DNA of 64,000 nucleotides from Octopus bimaculoides (Eukaryota), in assembly GCF_001194135.2 (NCBI RefSeq), contig NC_068987.1, forward strand, positions 79,626,861 to 79,690,860. The letters are read 5' to 3'. Positions 49,816 to 63,439 of this stretch are shown piece after piece (within the stretch, counting starts at the first letter, position 1; the number at the start of each line of letters is the position of its first letter). The notes under the pieces are model-generated. The model did not search any database. It worked only from the letters and a program-made list of their open reading frames with translations, and was not told the DNA's origin. The position numbers were made by a program, and so were the translations under genes.

Positions 49816-51327
49816 CTGCAAGCCCGTTGAATTGATTGTAACTGTTTTAATATGACAGATATAATCCGTCGCTCAATTTCAATAAACAGCCGGGTCATTT
49901 GGCTCCTTTATGGAAGGTAAACTATTGCAAACATTCGTGTCCAGATCTCACTGGTTTGGGATAACTTGCGTCATTGTTAGCACAATTTGTAACCCCTTTT
50001 ATGACTATCCTTCGTTTACTTGATAAGATACAAAAATGGCAAAATCCTCAGAGCATAAGACCGAACTCAAATTTCTTGCATTGATAAAATGAAGTCTCAG
50101 TTAAACTCTGGGGTCTACCAAATCGACTTATTGTGTCTTCTCAACGCGAGACAAAATGTCTTTTAGCATTAGGACATATCGATCTAAAAAAGTTTGAATT
50201 CAAATTTTCCGGTATGTAGCACAGTTTTTCTTACGATAGAGGTGGAAAACATATTTAATTCTGCTATAAATGGAATACTATAGCAAGCCTTATATTCCTG
50301 CTTTTTAACTCTCATCGAATCAGGTCTCTTTGTCAATTTCTTAAATACAGCTCTTACAATTAGTGTCATTTTGAATGTTTCAAATTCGCAGTTTATACCG
50401 AATAATATAAACTTGATGGCTCATTGAAAGATACCTAAGATCAGAAATTGTCAAACAATTGATTCTATTAATACTTACTATACAATGTGGGATATAAATG
50501 AAAACATATTTGTCTAAAATATTCTCACTTCTCATGTAAGTAAGTCAATCCTAGTAAGTTGTAAACATTATCTTGAATCAACTAAATCAGATATTTTCCA
50601 CTCCTGGGCAAAGATCTTCATTGTATTTCTCCATAACTTTTCATTTTGTTTCTGATATTTAATTTTGATTTTTCCAACTTTCGTCAAATATTTTCAGTCT
50701 CACCGCCACCCCATCTTCTTTGTTGTCCCCTGTTTCTCTTGCAGAATCTCAGAATACAACATGTCAGCTTTTTTCTTTCCTTTTCTTTCTGTCTATTTGT
50801 TGTGTCAAATACCAATTTATAAAGATGCTGCAAGTTATTTATTTAATAATTACACATAACACTTCAATCTGATTGACTTAATTCTCCCTCTCCAATGGCT
50901 TTTTTCAGATATCATTTTTGCTCCATTTTAGACTACAAATATATATTCATTGTATTCTGTTTCCTCAAACCTCTGTTTTATCAAAAGCATTTCTTTCTTC
51001 ACACAAAAACAGAAGAATGCTTCTGCAAGTTAGTTACCGATCGTGTCGAATGTGAATTAATTTCACTTTCAGTGTTAATACTTTCAGTGTTAATACTTTC
51101 AGGATAATAAAAACATTGCACTGCAATGTTCTTATTCATATAAACCATAGCGACGCTTGAGGGGGCCGTGACTTCACAAGGAAGCAGCAAATGTTAAGCT
51201 TTGAGTGTTTAAAATTGTCGAGAGAAATAGAATAATTAAACTAACTAGAATAAGTAAAGGTTAGAATATGATCAATCATCAGAAACATTATGGATGACGC
51301 AATCACGGTCTAATATAATTCATTATA

Positions 51328-52568
51328 CTGAGTGTGAGAGATATTTGAGAACAACTTTGGTAATTTGATAAAACAACTCTAATCTAATGAAACCAAGAGT
51401 ATTTTAATAAACAAAATTTAAAGTATTTTTTGATAAAATTATTCTTTGAATCTGCCTTCGGCTTCGATGACTGCTTCAATACTAGATCGGAATTGTTGAC
51501 ATACTTGCACTAAATGGACGTTATTCCTTTCAGACATCACCAGGGCAGTGGCGGCCTTCATTAAATCTATATTATTGTGAAGTTTTTGAATAGTCTCCTT
51601 CTCAACAATGTTCTAAACGTACTGGTCGATGAGATTTAAATATGATGAGTTTGGCGACCATAACTATGATGTTGCTTGATCATAAAAAATTGTCTAGCAT
51701 CGATTCTTGTGTTAGATGATCTCTGTGAGAAGGTTCTATGTCTTGTTTAAATATGTATAACCTTCTGCTGTCCTACTTCATCCACCCAGAACTTAACAAC
51801 CTTCTTCAGTACTTCAGTGTATTAGCAGCAGTTAGTCTAAGATTCTGTGGAAAGATGAGAAGTGGCATGACCATTGCTACTCACCACTTCTAAGGTCATC
51901 TCAGTTGCAGGAAACTTAGTGTGCATCATTCTAAGAACATTGGAATGCTCTGTACATAACCATCTGTCGTTTTTGTACTTATATTCTTGGTCTTGTCGAA
52001 GATTTTCTGATCATAAAGAACTAAAGTATGCCATATTCGCGGGGATTTTTATCATTGCCAAGTAACCGTTGATACCGATAAAACACTTTTTCTGGTTCTT
52101 TGCAAGCAAAAGTTGGCATCCTTTCAGCATATACAACTTTTGTAAAATGTCCTTGCTCACAACAGTTCTGAGGTCTACACAGAGACCTGAAGATGTTTTT
52201 AACGATGACCCTACTTCATTCTTCGAGATTATCATGGATAATGTTTTGAACCCGTTAGATAAACTTTTGTGTCCTTATAGCGTCTGGATATTTAGCTTTT
52301 TCCTTCCTTAGAAACAGTTGAAACATTCTCGCCAAAAGCTTCCAAATCCATCCGAACTTCATGTATAAAAGGTTTTTCAGTATTTCGAAAGTTGGCAATT
52401 ACTAATCCCTGTGTTCCGCACACAGAGCTACAATTACTGCATACTTTTCATTTCTTGTGTCAGCGTTTTCCCTACCATGAGAATCCGAAAGAAATAAAAA
52501 AAACTTTGAATTGGTTTGAAGGGAGAAGCATACTGATAATTAAGTGTTCTCAAATAGCTCACACATGG
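51328..52568 (-). mobile_element. Full-length decayed maT/DD37D-type (Tc1/mariner superfamily) transposon
   Basis: Imperfect TIRs at 51328-51352 and 52546-52568, with TA on both sides. The minus strand reads NDRWLC...MHTKFPATEMTLEVVSSNGH...FRSSIEAVIEAEGRFKE*. Confidence 0.85.
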
Positions 52569-52869
52569 TATAAGTAATATCCATGAAGCTTTAACATAGA
52601 GTGAACTAGTTTCCTCAAGTATCTAAAAGAATGCAATACAAACTGGTTGGAATGTGAGAAGAAAATACGTAAAATAAATCCGCGTAGGGAGGAAGCTTAA
52701 TGTAATAATGTGTCGATTTGTTTTATTTAAAATCATTGGTCTTCGTGAAACACCATTGAGTAAAAGGATGGGTATGGAGTCAAGAAAGTTTAAGATTCAC
52801 TGATATAAAATAAACGGTTTCATGCTTTATTTCATGTTGCACCAGTCCATCCAGCTGCCAGAAATAAAT

Positions 52870-53040
52870 AGTACCTGTATTTCAATGAGTCTGCCTTGTC
52901 TCATATTGTGTCACACTGAATCTCCCTGAGAACTACGTTAAGGTTACGCCGATTTGTGGACTACTTAGTCACTTGCACATTGATTTCCCGAGCAGGCTGT
53001 TCTGTTGATCAGATCAGCTGGAACCCTCGTCATCGTAAAC
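52870..53040 (+). mobile_element. SINE family D fragment
   Basis: ctgaatctccctgagaactacgttaagg...cgagcaggctgttctgttgatcagatcagctggaaccctcgtcatcgt. Confidence 0.8.
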
Positions 53041-53279
53041 GGTTACTTTTGGAGAAAAAAAATGTATTCAGCTTGGCATTTGATTCTTCCACTTCGAACG
53101 ACGAAAAGTTCATGATGAAAACTTTTCATTTTTATTTTTCTTCATCCTTAGACTTCATTAAGTCTTCCTCCAGTTTAACGGCGTATAAATAACCGAGACC
53201 ACAACATTCCACGGAAGTTAATGCCGGACCGTTGCAATGTTGAAGGCTAGCAATTTTCACGAGACTGGACAAATCAATA

Positions 53280-53430
53280 AATAAATCGTACTTTATTTCA
53301 TAGACCCCTGAAGGATGAAAGCCAAAGCTAATTTCTGCGGTATTTGAACTTAGAAGCGAAAGAGCTAAAGAGCCAGATGAAATGTCGCTAACCATTTCAT
53401 AGAACACGCTACCAATTCTGCCAACTCCAC
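53280..53430 (-). mobile_element. SINE family B, degenerate
   Basis: gacccctgaaggatgaaagccaaagc...tttgaacttagaa...ttctgccaactcc. Confidence 0.65.
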
Positions 53431-53548
53431 ATCTTTCACAACGAAATGTAGTTCGTTTTTGTATTTCGATTGTAAGATTCTTGATGTGAATTTATGTTGG
53501 TGTGATAACCCTACAAACAAAGATTTTTTAATGTTCTCTATAGTGCTA

Positions 53549-53695
53549 GAGGCGCGGGAGTGGCTGAGTACAACCGAATGGTTTCAGGTTCAGTCCCACT
53601 GCGTGGCATTTTGGGAAAGTGTCGTTTACCATAACCTTGGGCTGACCAAATCCTTCTGTGTGGATTTGGTAGATGGAAACCGAAAGAAGCCCGCC

Positions 53696-53729
<34 letters not shown>

Positions 53730-54053
53730 NNNNNNNNNNNNNNNNNNNNNNNNNNNNNNNNNNNNNNNNNNNNNNNNNNNNNNNNNNNNNNNNNNNNNNN
53801 NNNNNNNNNNNNNNNNNNNNNNNNNNNNNNNNNNNNNNNNNNNNNNNNNNNNNNNNNNNNNNNNNNNNNNNNNNNNNNNNNNNNNNNNNNNNNNNNNNNN
53901 NNNNNNNNNNNNNNNNNNNNNNNNNNNNNNNNNNNNNNNNNNNNNNNNNNNNNNNNNNNNNNNNNNNNNNNNNNNNNNNNNNNNNNNNNNNNNNNNNNNN
54001 NNNNNNNNNNNNNNNNNNNNNNNNNNNNNNNNNNNNNNNNNNNNNNNNNNNNN

Positions 54054-54093
<40 letters not shown>

Positions 54094-54327
54094 TGAATGT
54101 GTGTCCGTGTCTGTGTGTATGTGTGTGTCTTTGTGTCTGTGTTTGTCTCATGCCACCACTTGACAACCAGTGTTGGTGTATTTACGTCCTCGTAACCCAG
54201 AAGTTCGGCAAAATATACCGATCGAATAAATACTGGGGTCGATTCATTCGACGAAGATTCCTTAAGGCAGTGCCCCAGCATAGCCGCAGTCTAATGATTG
54301 AAATAACTAAAACATAAAAGATAAAAG
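53549..54327 (+). mobile_element. SINE family A, full copy with an assembly gap inside its microsatellite
   Basis: The 5' half ends gaagcccgccgtatata; after the gap comes cttgacaaccagtgttggtgtatttacgtcc...gtgccccagcatagccgcagtc. Confidence 0.85.
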
Positions 54328-55183
54328 CCCTGTATAAACTATACAAACAAAAACTATTTAAACAAATTAAAAACAGTGGTATGATTACAATTGAAATTGT
54401 TGTAGAAAGCTACACCCAATCTCTTGCACGTGCTTATCTGTTGTTGTTGATGCTCGTGGTGGTGGTGGTGGTGGTACTCTTTTCTTGTTTTTCTTTTTTC
54501 TTTTGCATTGTATTATATACGTATATTTTTTGTCGGAGCTTGCGTGCCTGGGTCTCGGTGCTTTATGAAGGTTGAGACATCAAAAAAAAAAAAAAAAAAA
54601 AAANNNNNNNNNNNNNNNNNNNNNNNNNNNNNNNNNNNNNNNNNNNNNNNNNNNNNNNNNNNNNNNNNNNNNNNNNNNNNNNNNNNNNNNNNNNNNNNNN
54701 NNNNNNNNNNNNNNNNNNNNNNNNNNNNNNNNNNNNNNNNNNNNNNNNNNNNNNNNNNNNNNNNNNNNNNNNNNNNNNNNNNNNNNNNNNNNNNNNNNNN
54801 NNNNNNNNNNNNNNNNNNNNNNNNNNNNNNNNNNNNNNNNNNNNNNNNNNNNNNNNNNNNNNNNNNNNNNNNNNNNNNNNNNNNNNNNNNNNNNNNNNNN
54901 NNNNNNNNNNNNNNNNNNNNNNNNNNNNNNNNNNNNNNNNNNNNNNNNNNNNNNNNNNNNNNNNNNNNNNNNNNNNNNNNNNNNNNNNNNNNNNNNNNNN
55001 NNNNNNNNNNNNNNNNNNNNNNNNNNNNNNNNNNNNNNNNNNNNNNNNNNNNNNNNNNNNNNNNNNNNNNNNNNNNNNNNNNNNNNNNNNNNNNNNNNNN
55101 NNNNNNNNNNNNNNNNNNNNNNNNNNNNNNNNNNNNNNNNNNNNNNNNNNNNNNNNNNNNNNNNNNNNNNNNNNNNNNNNNNN

Positions 55184-55215
<32 letters not shown>

Positions 55216-55559
55216 AAAGTTTAGAACTGTAGAAAGAGGAATCTACATGGAAAACTAAAACAAAGAAAGAAGGAAGGAAACAGCTACAAAAAAAAACAAA
55301 AATACAAAGATCATAGAAAAGAAAGAAAATAAAAAATAAATAGAAAGGACGAGAGTGAAGAAAAAAGAGGAGAAAAAAGGACAAAGAAGAAAAGAAGGAA
55401 AGAAGGTAGAAAGTGGGTGGGGAATAGAAAAGAAGAATAAAGCAAAGGTGGGTAATCTGGTGGAATAATTGTTTTTGAGCCATTGTAGAGGGGGTGGAGA
55501 GGAAGAATTAAAAAGAAAAATAACGGGAGTGGTGGGGAGAGTGGGGTAACTAAAAAAAA

Positions 55560-55790
55560 TGGATGAGGTCAGAGCGATACGGTAAGGCGACGAGGCACGA
55601 GGTAAGACATAGGGTAGCTGATAGACCACCACCACTACCACCACAACCACAACCACAATAATAATAATCTTCGTCGCTGTTGTCATCATCAGCATCAACA
55701 TCATCTTCATCATCATCATCATCGTCATCATCATCATTATGACCATCACCAACCTTAACATCGTCATCATCATCATTATCGTCATAATCT
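55560..55790. repeat. (ACC/ATC)n trinucleotide tract after a purine-rich low-complexity stretch
   Basis: Directly visible. Confidence 0.85.
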
Positions 55791-56125
55791 ACCAGGTAAT
55801 ATCGTCAAATTTCAATACCATTTTCTTATCTTTATCTCATATCTCTTCAATCTTTTTCTTTATAATTTGTCTTCTTTTCACCTTTTTGGTCATTCTTCCT
55901 TCATTTCTTTCTGTCTTTCTTTTTATCTTTCTTTCTTTCTCTTCTCTTTCGCCTCCACCCTTTCACACGATTTATCTTTCTAACGAATCTCGCCATCCGT
56001 CCCTGCATACTATTTGCCACCAACAGCCCCCCCCCACTCCAATGATACAGTTCTTTGTCTCAACAACTATTTTAGACCACCTCACTCTCTTCTACATGCA
56101 TATATTTTCGCTTTCAACTCACCGT

Positions 56126-56178
<53 letters not shown>

Positions 56179-56954
56179 AAAAACACGCACTCACACACGG
56201 ACACGCCTAAACAAACAACAACATATATAGGTCTACGTGCATGTTCATACATACTTATATATATATATACGTACATATATATGTATATACAAGGACACAC
56301 ACACACACACATATATATATGCATGTGTATGTGCGTATGTATGTATGTATGTATTTATGTATGTATGTATGTATGTATGTGTGTGTGTATGTATGTATGC
56401 GAGTACGCGCAGAGAGCGGAGGAAGAAGAAAAAAAAACCTCGCTAAAGAATGTACAAAAGCAGACATACATAGGATATAATTAGCGCACACATAATTCCA
56501 CACGCATGTAATTACTAGCACCTTTCTTAAACATCTATATATATAATTAGTAGCGTTGCATGCACGCTGAGCTGCATTCTCACACATACCCTTATGAAAA
56601 AAATCTATATACATGCACACCCACAGACAATTGAATACGTATGATATATATATACATACATGCATACATATGTATATATATATATATATATATATGTATA
56701 TACATATACATGCAAAATACGGACATGTACACATACATATTAATACTTGTATGTGTATACACATACATAAACGTAAATGTGTGTGTGTATGTATATATAT
56801 GTATATGTATATATGTGTGGATGTGTGTGTCTATATGTATATATATATATGTGTGTGTCTGTGTGTGTGTGTGTATGTATATATGTATATATATGCATAG
56901 GCATACTTACAGACAGACATACATAAATACGTACTACTAATAAACATATATATG

Positions 56955-56993
<39 letters not shown>

Positions 56994-57116
56994 GTGTGTC
57001 TGTTTGTGTGTGTGCATGTATGTATGTATAAAGTCTGCATATACACATATACGGATTTTCATAAGCATACAAACAAATACATGTACATATATATATATAT
57101 ATATATACATCCACAT

Positions 57117-57162
<46 letters not shown>

Positions 57163-57640
57163 ACACACACTTACACGCACACACACACACGGAAACAGTG
57201 ATCACCACATATCTACCTACCTGCCTATTATAGTTTCCACTGACTCATTCATTTATGAGAATTAAAGAATTCTCGTGACAGAATTTATATATTCTTTCAT
57301 GCTTCTTTGATATTAAATATAGAACTGAGAACAGAGTATGCAAAAAAAAAACAAAATTAAAACAACAGAAAATTGATAAAAAAAATATAACAAAACCATT
57401 TAAAAAAAAACGTATCTCAGAATACACATGGAAAAAAATTGACAAGTCTACAACCTTGGTAATAAAATATAACACTTTCTGGAACTTTGTAGACCTCTCT
57501 CGTCTTATATTCCTATAATCAGCAGACGGAGTTTTTGTTTTTTATTTCATGATACTAATAGAATATTTTCGTTTATTGTGAAATCCATTATTATTACGCT
57601 AGTTAGTAAAACCTGTGCAGGGGTAACTATAGTCACTCAA

Positions 57641-57708
<68 letters not shown>

Positions 57709-58086
57709 NNNNNNNNNNNNNNNNNNNNNNNNNNNNNNNNNNNNNNNNNNNNNNNNNNNNNNNNNNNNNNNNNNNNNNNNNNNNNNNNNNNNNNNNNNNN
57801 NNNNNNNNNNNNNNNNNNNNNNNNNNNNNNNNNNNNNNNNNNNNNNNNNNNNNNNNNNNNNNNNNNNNNNNNNNNNNNNNNNNNNNNNNNNNNNNNNNNN
57901 NNNNNNNNNNNNNNNNNNNNNNNNNNNNNNNNNNNNNNNNNNNNNNNNNNNNNNNNNNNNNNNNNNNNNNNNNNNNNNNNNNNNNNNNNNNNNNNNNNNN
58001 NNNNNNNNNNNNNNNNNNNNNNNNNNNNNNNNNNNNNNNNNNNNNNNNNNNNNNNNNNNNNNNNNNNNNNNNNNNNNNNNNNNNNN

Positions 58087-58120
<34 letters not shown>

Positions 58121-58326
58121 GAGTGATTGGGTACCTAAGTTGAGGCACCAGAATTTAGTACAGTATTATCCATACAGTTTCAAAATAAGGTGATTAAAAT
58201 CAAAATAAGCAACAGGATATCCATAGATAATGCAGTACGATCGTTTCCAGCGACTCCATTTAATTGAACAATGCAACCATTACATCAATTTAAATGCAGA
58301 GCAGTCCTCAGTTGCATATATATATA

Positions 58327-58535
58327 AGGCGAACTGGCAGAAACGTTAACACGCCGGATAAAATGCTTAGTGAACTTCATTTTTTTTCCGGTTTTATGTT
58401 CTAAGTTTAAATTCCGGGATCTACTTTACGTTTCTTCCTCTGAAAGGCCATATAATAATTACCAGTAGAGTACTGGGGTCGATGTATCGATTTACCCCTA
58501 ACTCTCAATTTGCTAGCCAAAATGTGGAAATGACG
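58327..58535 (+). mobile_element. SINE family B, degenerate
   Basis: aggcgaactggcagaaacgttaacacgccgg...gtactggggtcgatgtatcga. Confidence 0.75.
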
Positions 58536-58536
58536 T

Positions 58537-58573
<37 letters not shown>

Positions 58574-58854
58574 NNNNNNNNNNNNNNNNNNNNNNNNNNN
58601 NNNNNNNNNNNNNNNNNNNNNNNNNNNNNNNNNNNNNNNNNNNNNNNNNNNNNNNNNNNNNNNNNNNNNNNNNNNNNNNNNNNNNNNNNNNNNNNNNNNN
58701 NNNNNNNNNNNNNNNNNNNNNNNNNNNNNNNNNNNNNNNNNNNNNNNNNNNNNNNNNNNNNNNNNNNNNNNNNNNNNNNNNNNNNNNNNNNNNNNNNNNN
58801 NNNNNNNNNNNNNNNNNNNNNNNNNNNNNNNNNNNNNNNNNNNNNNNNNNNNNN

Positions 58855-59320
58855 CATCGATACCTGCGTGCCATCAGAAAAGTTCGCAAACTGGGTCAAT
58901 GGGTTTCTCACAAACTTTCTGAGTCTAACCGCGCGCAGAGAGTGAATATGTGCTCTTTTTTTGCTGTCACGTCTCACGAATGAAACTTTTTTGGAGCCGA
59001 AAGCTGACTGGTGACGAGAAATAAGTTCTCTATAAAAATGTCAAACGTCGAAGACAGTGGGTAAGGAAAGGAGAAACACCAGCACCCACGTAAGGTGTTG
59101 CTATTTGTTCGGTGGGTCCCCATCCACCATATTCGTCGGACATTACCCCATCTGATTATCATTTATTCCGCAGTCTTCAAAATCATTTGGACAGAAAAGA
59201 TATGAATTTTGTAGACGAGGTAAGAACAGTAATGGAAGAGTAATTTTCGTTACGGACAACTGAACTTTGGAAGAGGGGCCTTGCAAGTCTACCAGACAGA
59301 TGGAAAAGAAATATATCTAG
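58855..59320 (+). mobile_element. mariner (DD34D) transposase pseudogene with an internal deletion
   Basis: KLGQWVSHKLSESNRAQRV (WVPHEL motif)...LTGDEK*VLY...GETP, then PHPPYSSDITPSDYHLFRSLQNHL (YSPDLAPSD motif)...LPDRW. Confidence 0.92.
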
Positions 59321-60235
59321 CCATTTTTCTCACTTGCTAACAATTCTGCCAGCTCACCGTCTGATAACACAGTTTCTACTTAATAATTTAGAAACCAGTT
59401 TTCCTTCATATCTTGTGGGGCGAATTATGACAAATTGGTTTATATATGTATGTACATATGAATGTTTGTATGTATGTATATATATATATATATATATNNN
59501 NNNNNNNNNNNNNNNNNNNNNNNNNNNNNNNNNNNNNNNNNNNNNNNNNNNNNNNNNNNNNNNNNNNNNNNNNNNNNNNNNNNNNNNNNNNNNNNNNNNN
59601 NNNNNNNNNNNNNNNNNNNNNNNNNNNNNNNNNNNNNNNNNNNNNNNNNNNNNNNNNNNNNNNNNNNNNNNNNNNNNNNNNNNNNNNNNNNNNNNNNNNN
59701 NNNNNNNNNNNNNNNNNNNNNNNNNNNNNNNNNNNNNNNNNNNNNNNNNNNNNNNNNNNNNNNNNNNNNNNNNNNNNNNNNNNNNNNNNNNNNNNNNNNN
59801 NNNNNNNNNNNNNNNNNNNNNNNNNNNNNNNNNNNNNNNNNNNNNNNNNNNNNNNNNNNNNNNNNNNNNNNNNNNNNNNNNNNNNNNNNNNNNNNNNNNN
59901 NNNNNNNNNNNNNNNNNNNNNNNNNNNNNNNNNNNNNNNNNNNNNNNNNNNNNNNNNNNNNNNNNNNNNNNNNNNNNNNNNNNNNNNNNNNNNNNNNNNN
60001 NNNNNNNNNNNNNNNNNNNNNNNNNNNNNNNNNNNNNNNNNNNNNNNNNNNNNNNNNNNNNNNNNNNNNNNNNNNNNNNNNNNNNNNNNNNNNNNNNNNN
60101 NNNNNNNNNNNNNNNNNNNNNNNNNNNNNNNNNNNNNNNNNNNNNNNNNNNNNNNNNNNNNNNNNNNNNNNNNNNNNNNNNNNNNNNNNNNNNNNNNNNN
60201 NNNNNNNNNNNNNNNNNNNNNNNNNNNNNNNNNNA

Positions 60236-60387
60236 TGGGTTTGTGGTTAAGAAGCTCCTTTGAAATCACGTGGTTCCAGGTTCAGTCTCGCTGTACAACA
60301 ACTTGGGAAATTGTCTTCAGCTGTAGCCCCGAGCAAGTGAATTTGGAAGTGAATTTCGTAAAGGAAATCTGTGTGAAAATCTGTCGA

Positions 60388-60434
<47 letters not shown>

Positions 60435-60610
60435 TGTGTGTATTAATGTGTGTATGTATGTATTTATGTGTATATGTATGAATGTGTGTATGTGAATATG
60501 TGTATGTTTATAAGTATACGTATGTGCGTGTGTGTGTGTATCGTGTGTGTGTGTGCGTGTGTGTCCGTGTGTCTTCGCGACTGTATTTGTCCATTCATCA
60601 CTGAAACAAG
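60236..60610 (+). mobile_element. Old SINE A-related copy with internal (TG)n
   Basis: gtggttaagaagctcc...ggttccaggttcagtctcgctg...cttgggaaattgtcttc, ending in ctgaaacaag. Confidence 0.6.
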
Positions 60611-60698
60611 AAATGTAGAGTTTGAACAGTAATATGTAGTGAATGTGGAAGATGGATATGTTATTATACACCATTCAAGCCAAAATTTTCCTTTACAA

Positions 60699-60995
60699 CA
60701 GAGATTCTCAAACTTTTTGCCCCCCCCTCTCATGGCCACATAATACCCTCAGCGTCCCCAGCCCTATTTTAGATTTTATTAATATATGTATGCTATGAAT
60801 CATTTGATATTTAATATAATATATAATTTGTATACAATAATATAACAATATCATAATAAATTCATAGCGTTCTCCAATCCACTGCCCTCTCCCAACGCCT
60901 CCTTTTATCTCTATCACCTCCCTTAGGCACCTCTGCCCACCTGGACCGCCTCAACGCCCACTGGGGGGCGGTAGCACCCACTTTGAGAACCTACA
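60699..60995. mobile_element. hAT (Charlie-like) MITE
   Basis: TIR-like cagagattctcaaac and ctttgagaacctaca; the 8-bp flanks ctttacaa and cattagaa match at 6 of 8 positions. Confidence 0.7.
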
Positions 60996-61959
60996 CATTA
61001 GAACAATCAGTTTCTATGGCAGTAGTATATTAGAATAGTTAGGCAGGAGTCGGGGAACTTTTATAACCAATTACGCCAAAATATATTTATTAATGCTGAC
61101 GTTACCCCACTTTATTTGAAAAGAAGAAAATCATAAATTCTTTGAATTCAAGTTTTAGTGAATCTATTTGGAGAATGCAATTATAAATATAAAAGTATAA
61201 AACAAATGCGATTAAATAAATCAATATCCTCATTAGAAGACAAAAGAACTTTTCTAGAAACGTTTTCACTTCAGGTTTTGGAGAAATGACGTTGTTTCAT
61301 TTTTGAAACAATTACATCAAAATTAGGGCATTTTGATACCAGAACAATTTGGATGCAGTATTAGGGGCCCAATCCATTACTGTGCTTTGGTTTTATGTTC
61401 ACTAGAGTGGAAAAGCCTTGTTTGCAAAGTTAGGTTGCTGCAATAGGCAGGAACTTTTTCATCAATTCCTCATTACCCCCAAGAATTTAATTTTTAATCC
61501 ACTTGGAGTAATTTACCTTCGTTCGCAGACCCCTGATTTAGAGTGTCATCCAAATTGCCTTTGTCGTATTTCCGCTATTTTCGTTCTGGTTTCATATACC
61601 GCAGAAGTTTGCCGTTTGTCTCTCCAATCGATTGAATAATATCAACCACAGGATTACGAAAGAATCAACTAGTCCCCCTTCTCAATACTGATGACTTTGT
61701 AAGCAAATTAGAAGCAAAGGAGACGCGGGCTGGCAGAATTGTTTAACCGTCTCATAAATTCCTCGAAGCCATTGTTCTGGTGCTTTTACATTGAATTAAA
61801 TACTTCCGGCGTTCACTTTGATTTTCATTTTCCCGAGATCGATCAAATCAAGTAAGTTTTGAGTACTGGGATCGAATTAATCGATTAATATCTTCACCCG
61901 ACTTTGTTGTGGTTTGGCCTGTGTTAGAATCATTTATTATAATCAATATATTAATGGAT

Positions 61960-62215
61960 TACGTGATAACGTGTTCGACCGGGCAGACGGATGTTGCTAC
62001 ATTTTGCACCGTTTCACTTTTCGAATGATACCATCCCGCTGGCTAGTTGAGCAGGCCAACGTACCAACCCACCGTACTGAAAGGCTAATCCGCCGCAGGG
62101 TGACACTTTTACAGCTGAGTAGACTGGAGCAAAATGTTTTGCTCAAGAACATAACACGCCGCTCGCTCGAGACAACGAAGCTATGATATATCGATCGTTA
62201 GTGCACGTACCGTCA
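61960..62215 (-). mobile_element. V-SINE-like fragment
   Basis: Minus strand gttcttgagcaaaacattttgctccagtctactcagctgtaaaagtgtcaccctgcggcggattagc. Confidence 0.6.
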
Positions 62216-62234
62216 CATACTGGTTTCAAATTTT

Positions 62235-62340
62235 AAAAAGAATGGAAGACAAAGTCGACCTCAGTGGCATTTGAACTCAGAAAGTAAAGACAGACAAAAT
62301 GCCTCTAAGCGGTTTGCCCGGCGTGCTAACAACCCTGCCT
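62235..62340 (-). mobile_element. SINE family B head fragment
   Basis: caaagtcgacctcagtggcatttgaactcagaa...gcccggcgtgctaac. Confidence 0.75.
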
Positions 62341-63106
62341 TCAAGCAGCTTCACATATTAATGAATAACTCCTGTTAATAGACCTAAATGAGTTGGTTCA
62401 TGGTTGACACACTAGTCTACTACAAAATACGTATCAGTGAATGAATATCATTCTCTTTTTTTTTCTGTAATTCTTTGTATCAGATGCCTTCAGAGAATAG
62501 CGCAATCTCATTGCTATTGCCTGATTATCTTCCATTTTCAACAGTATTCATGTCTTTATATCGTAGTAACTCTATGGTTACATCTGTCTTCGGCAGGAAA
62601 TTTTCTAATACGTTTGAGGATTGATGATAGAGCAGCTACAAAGTATCATAGGTGATTAATTATATCAAACTTTTGGGGCTCACTCACCATAACGAGTTAA
62701 GTTATCGTTTACGCTCAACAGACTTTGCTACTGTCTGTTAGGCTTGTTATCAATTTTTGAAATCTTCAGATATGCATGATCTACTTCATTCGATTTTATA
62801 CTAAAGAATATTTCAGAATTATATCTTTCCAGACTTTGTTTAATGTCTTGAAGAAAATAAAATTAAGGTTCGTATGTGGGCCAACGTGATATCTGATTAA
62901 GTACAATGGTTCAGCTGACAGTATCTGGAGCTCGCAGCGCAGTTTCAATTCTTCTATCTAACAATCCAAATATCATGCTATTGATCCTGTTCCGCTAAAC
63001 ATTTTAACGCTCACACTTAGAAAAAATGTTGGTGCTCATATCTTCCGAGCATAAAGGTGTGTATATGTGTGTATATGTGTGTATATATGTGTGTATGTAT
63101 CTATTT

Positions 63107-63345
63107 GAAGGCGCATAGCTTAGTGGTTATAGTGTTGTATTTATGATCTGAGATATTGGTTTCAGTTACTGGACAGAGAGGTGAGTTCTGTTCTTGAGTA
63201 AAATGCAACTATCTCACGTTGCTCTGTGATTGATTCGATACCTGACGTGTGATACGACATGCACCAGTTCACGCAACATCGATGTGATGGAGGGAGTGAG
63301 CTAAAGTACAGCACAAGCATTTGATCGCTACAAATCAAATCATTT
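63107..63345 (+). mobile_element. SINE with a family C-type head and a different tail
   Basis: gaaggcgcatagcttagtggttatagtg...gttcttgagtaaaa...tcacgttgctctgtg, then divergent from 41809-42135. Confidence 0.6.
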
Positions 63346-63439
63346 GTGCAGATTGTTCAGCAAGAATTTGCAAAACCCTCTTTCTCGGACTACGAAGGCG
63401 CGCGCATGTGTGTATGGGTGTGTATGTGCTTATCTCTGT

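Noticed and set aside
49990-50370. Possible very old RT remnant (LTKRPDSM, CSEDFA) on the minus strand
   Set aside because: The motifs are too degenerate and could be chance.
51064-51103. Short tandem duplications (15-nt unit here, 21-nt unit at 17835-17885) as CRISPR-like or regulatory arrays
   Set aside because: Only two units and no spacers in eukaryotic DNA; ordinary slippage.
582-60495. Long ORF-track entries containing X runs or YI/CV/HT/poly-D/M/I/L repeats
   Set aside because: They are translations of N-gaps and di/trinucleotide microsatellites, not genes.
61686-61730. CTGATGA-ctttg...caaag-GAGAC hammerhead look-alike
   Set aside because: GAAA is absent, there is no stem I or III, and the 3' part is a SINE B head.
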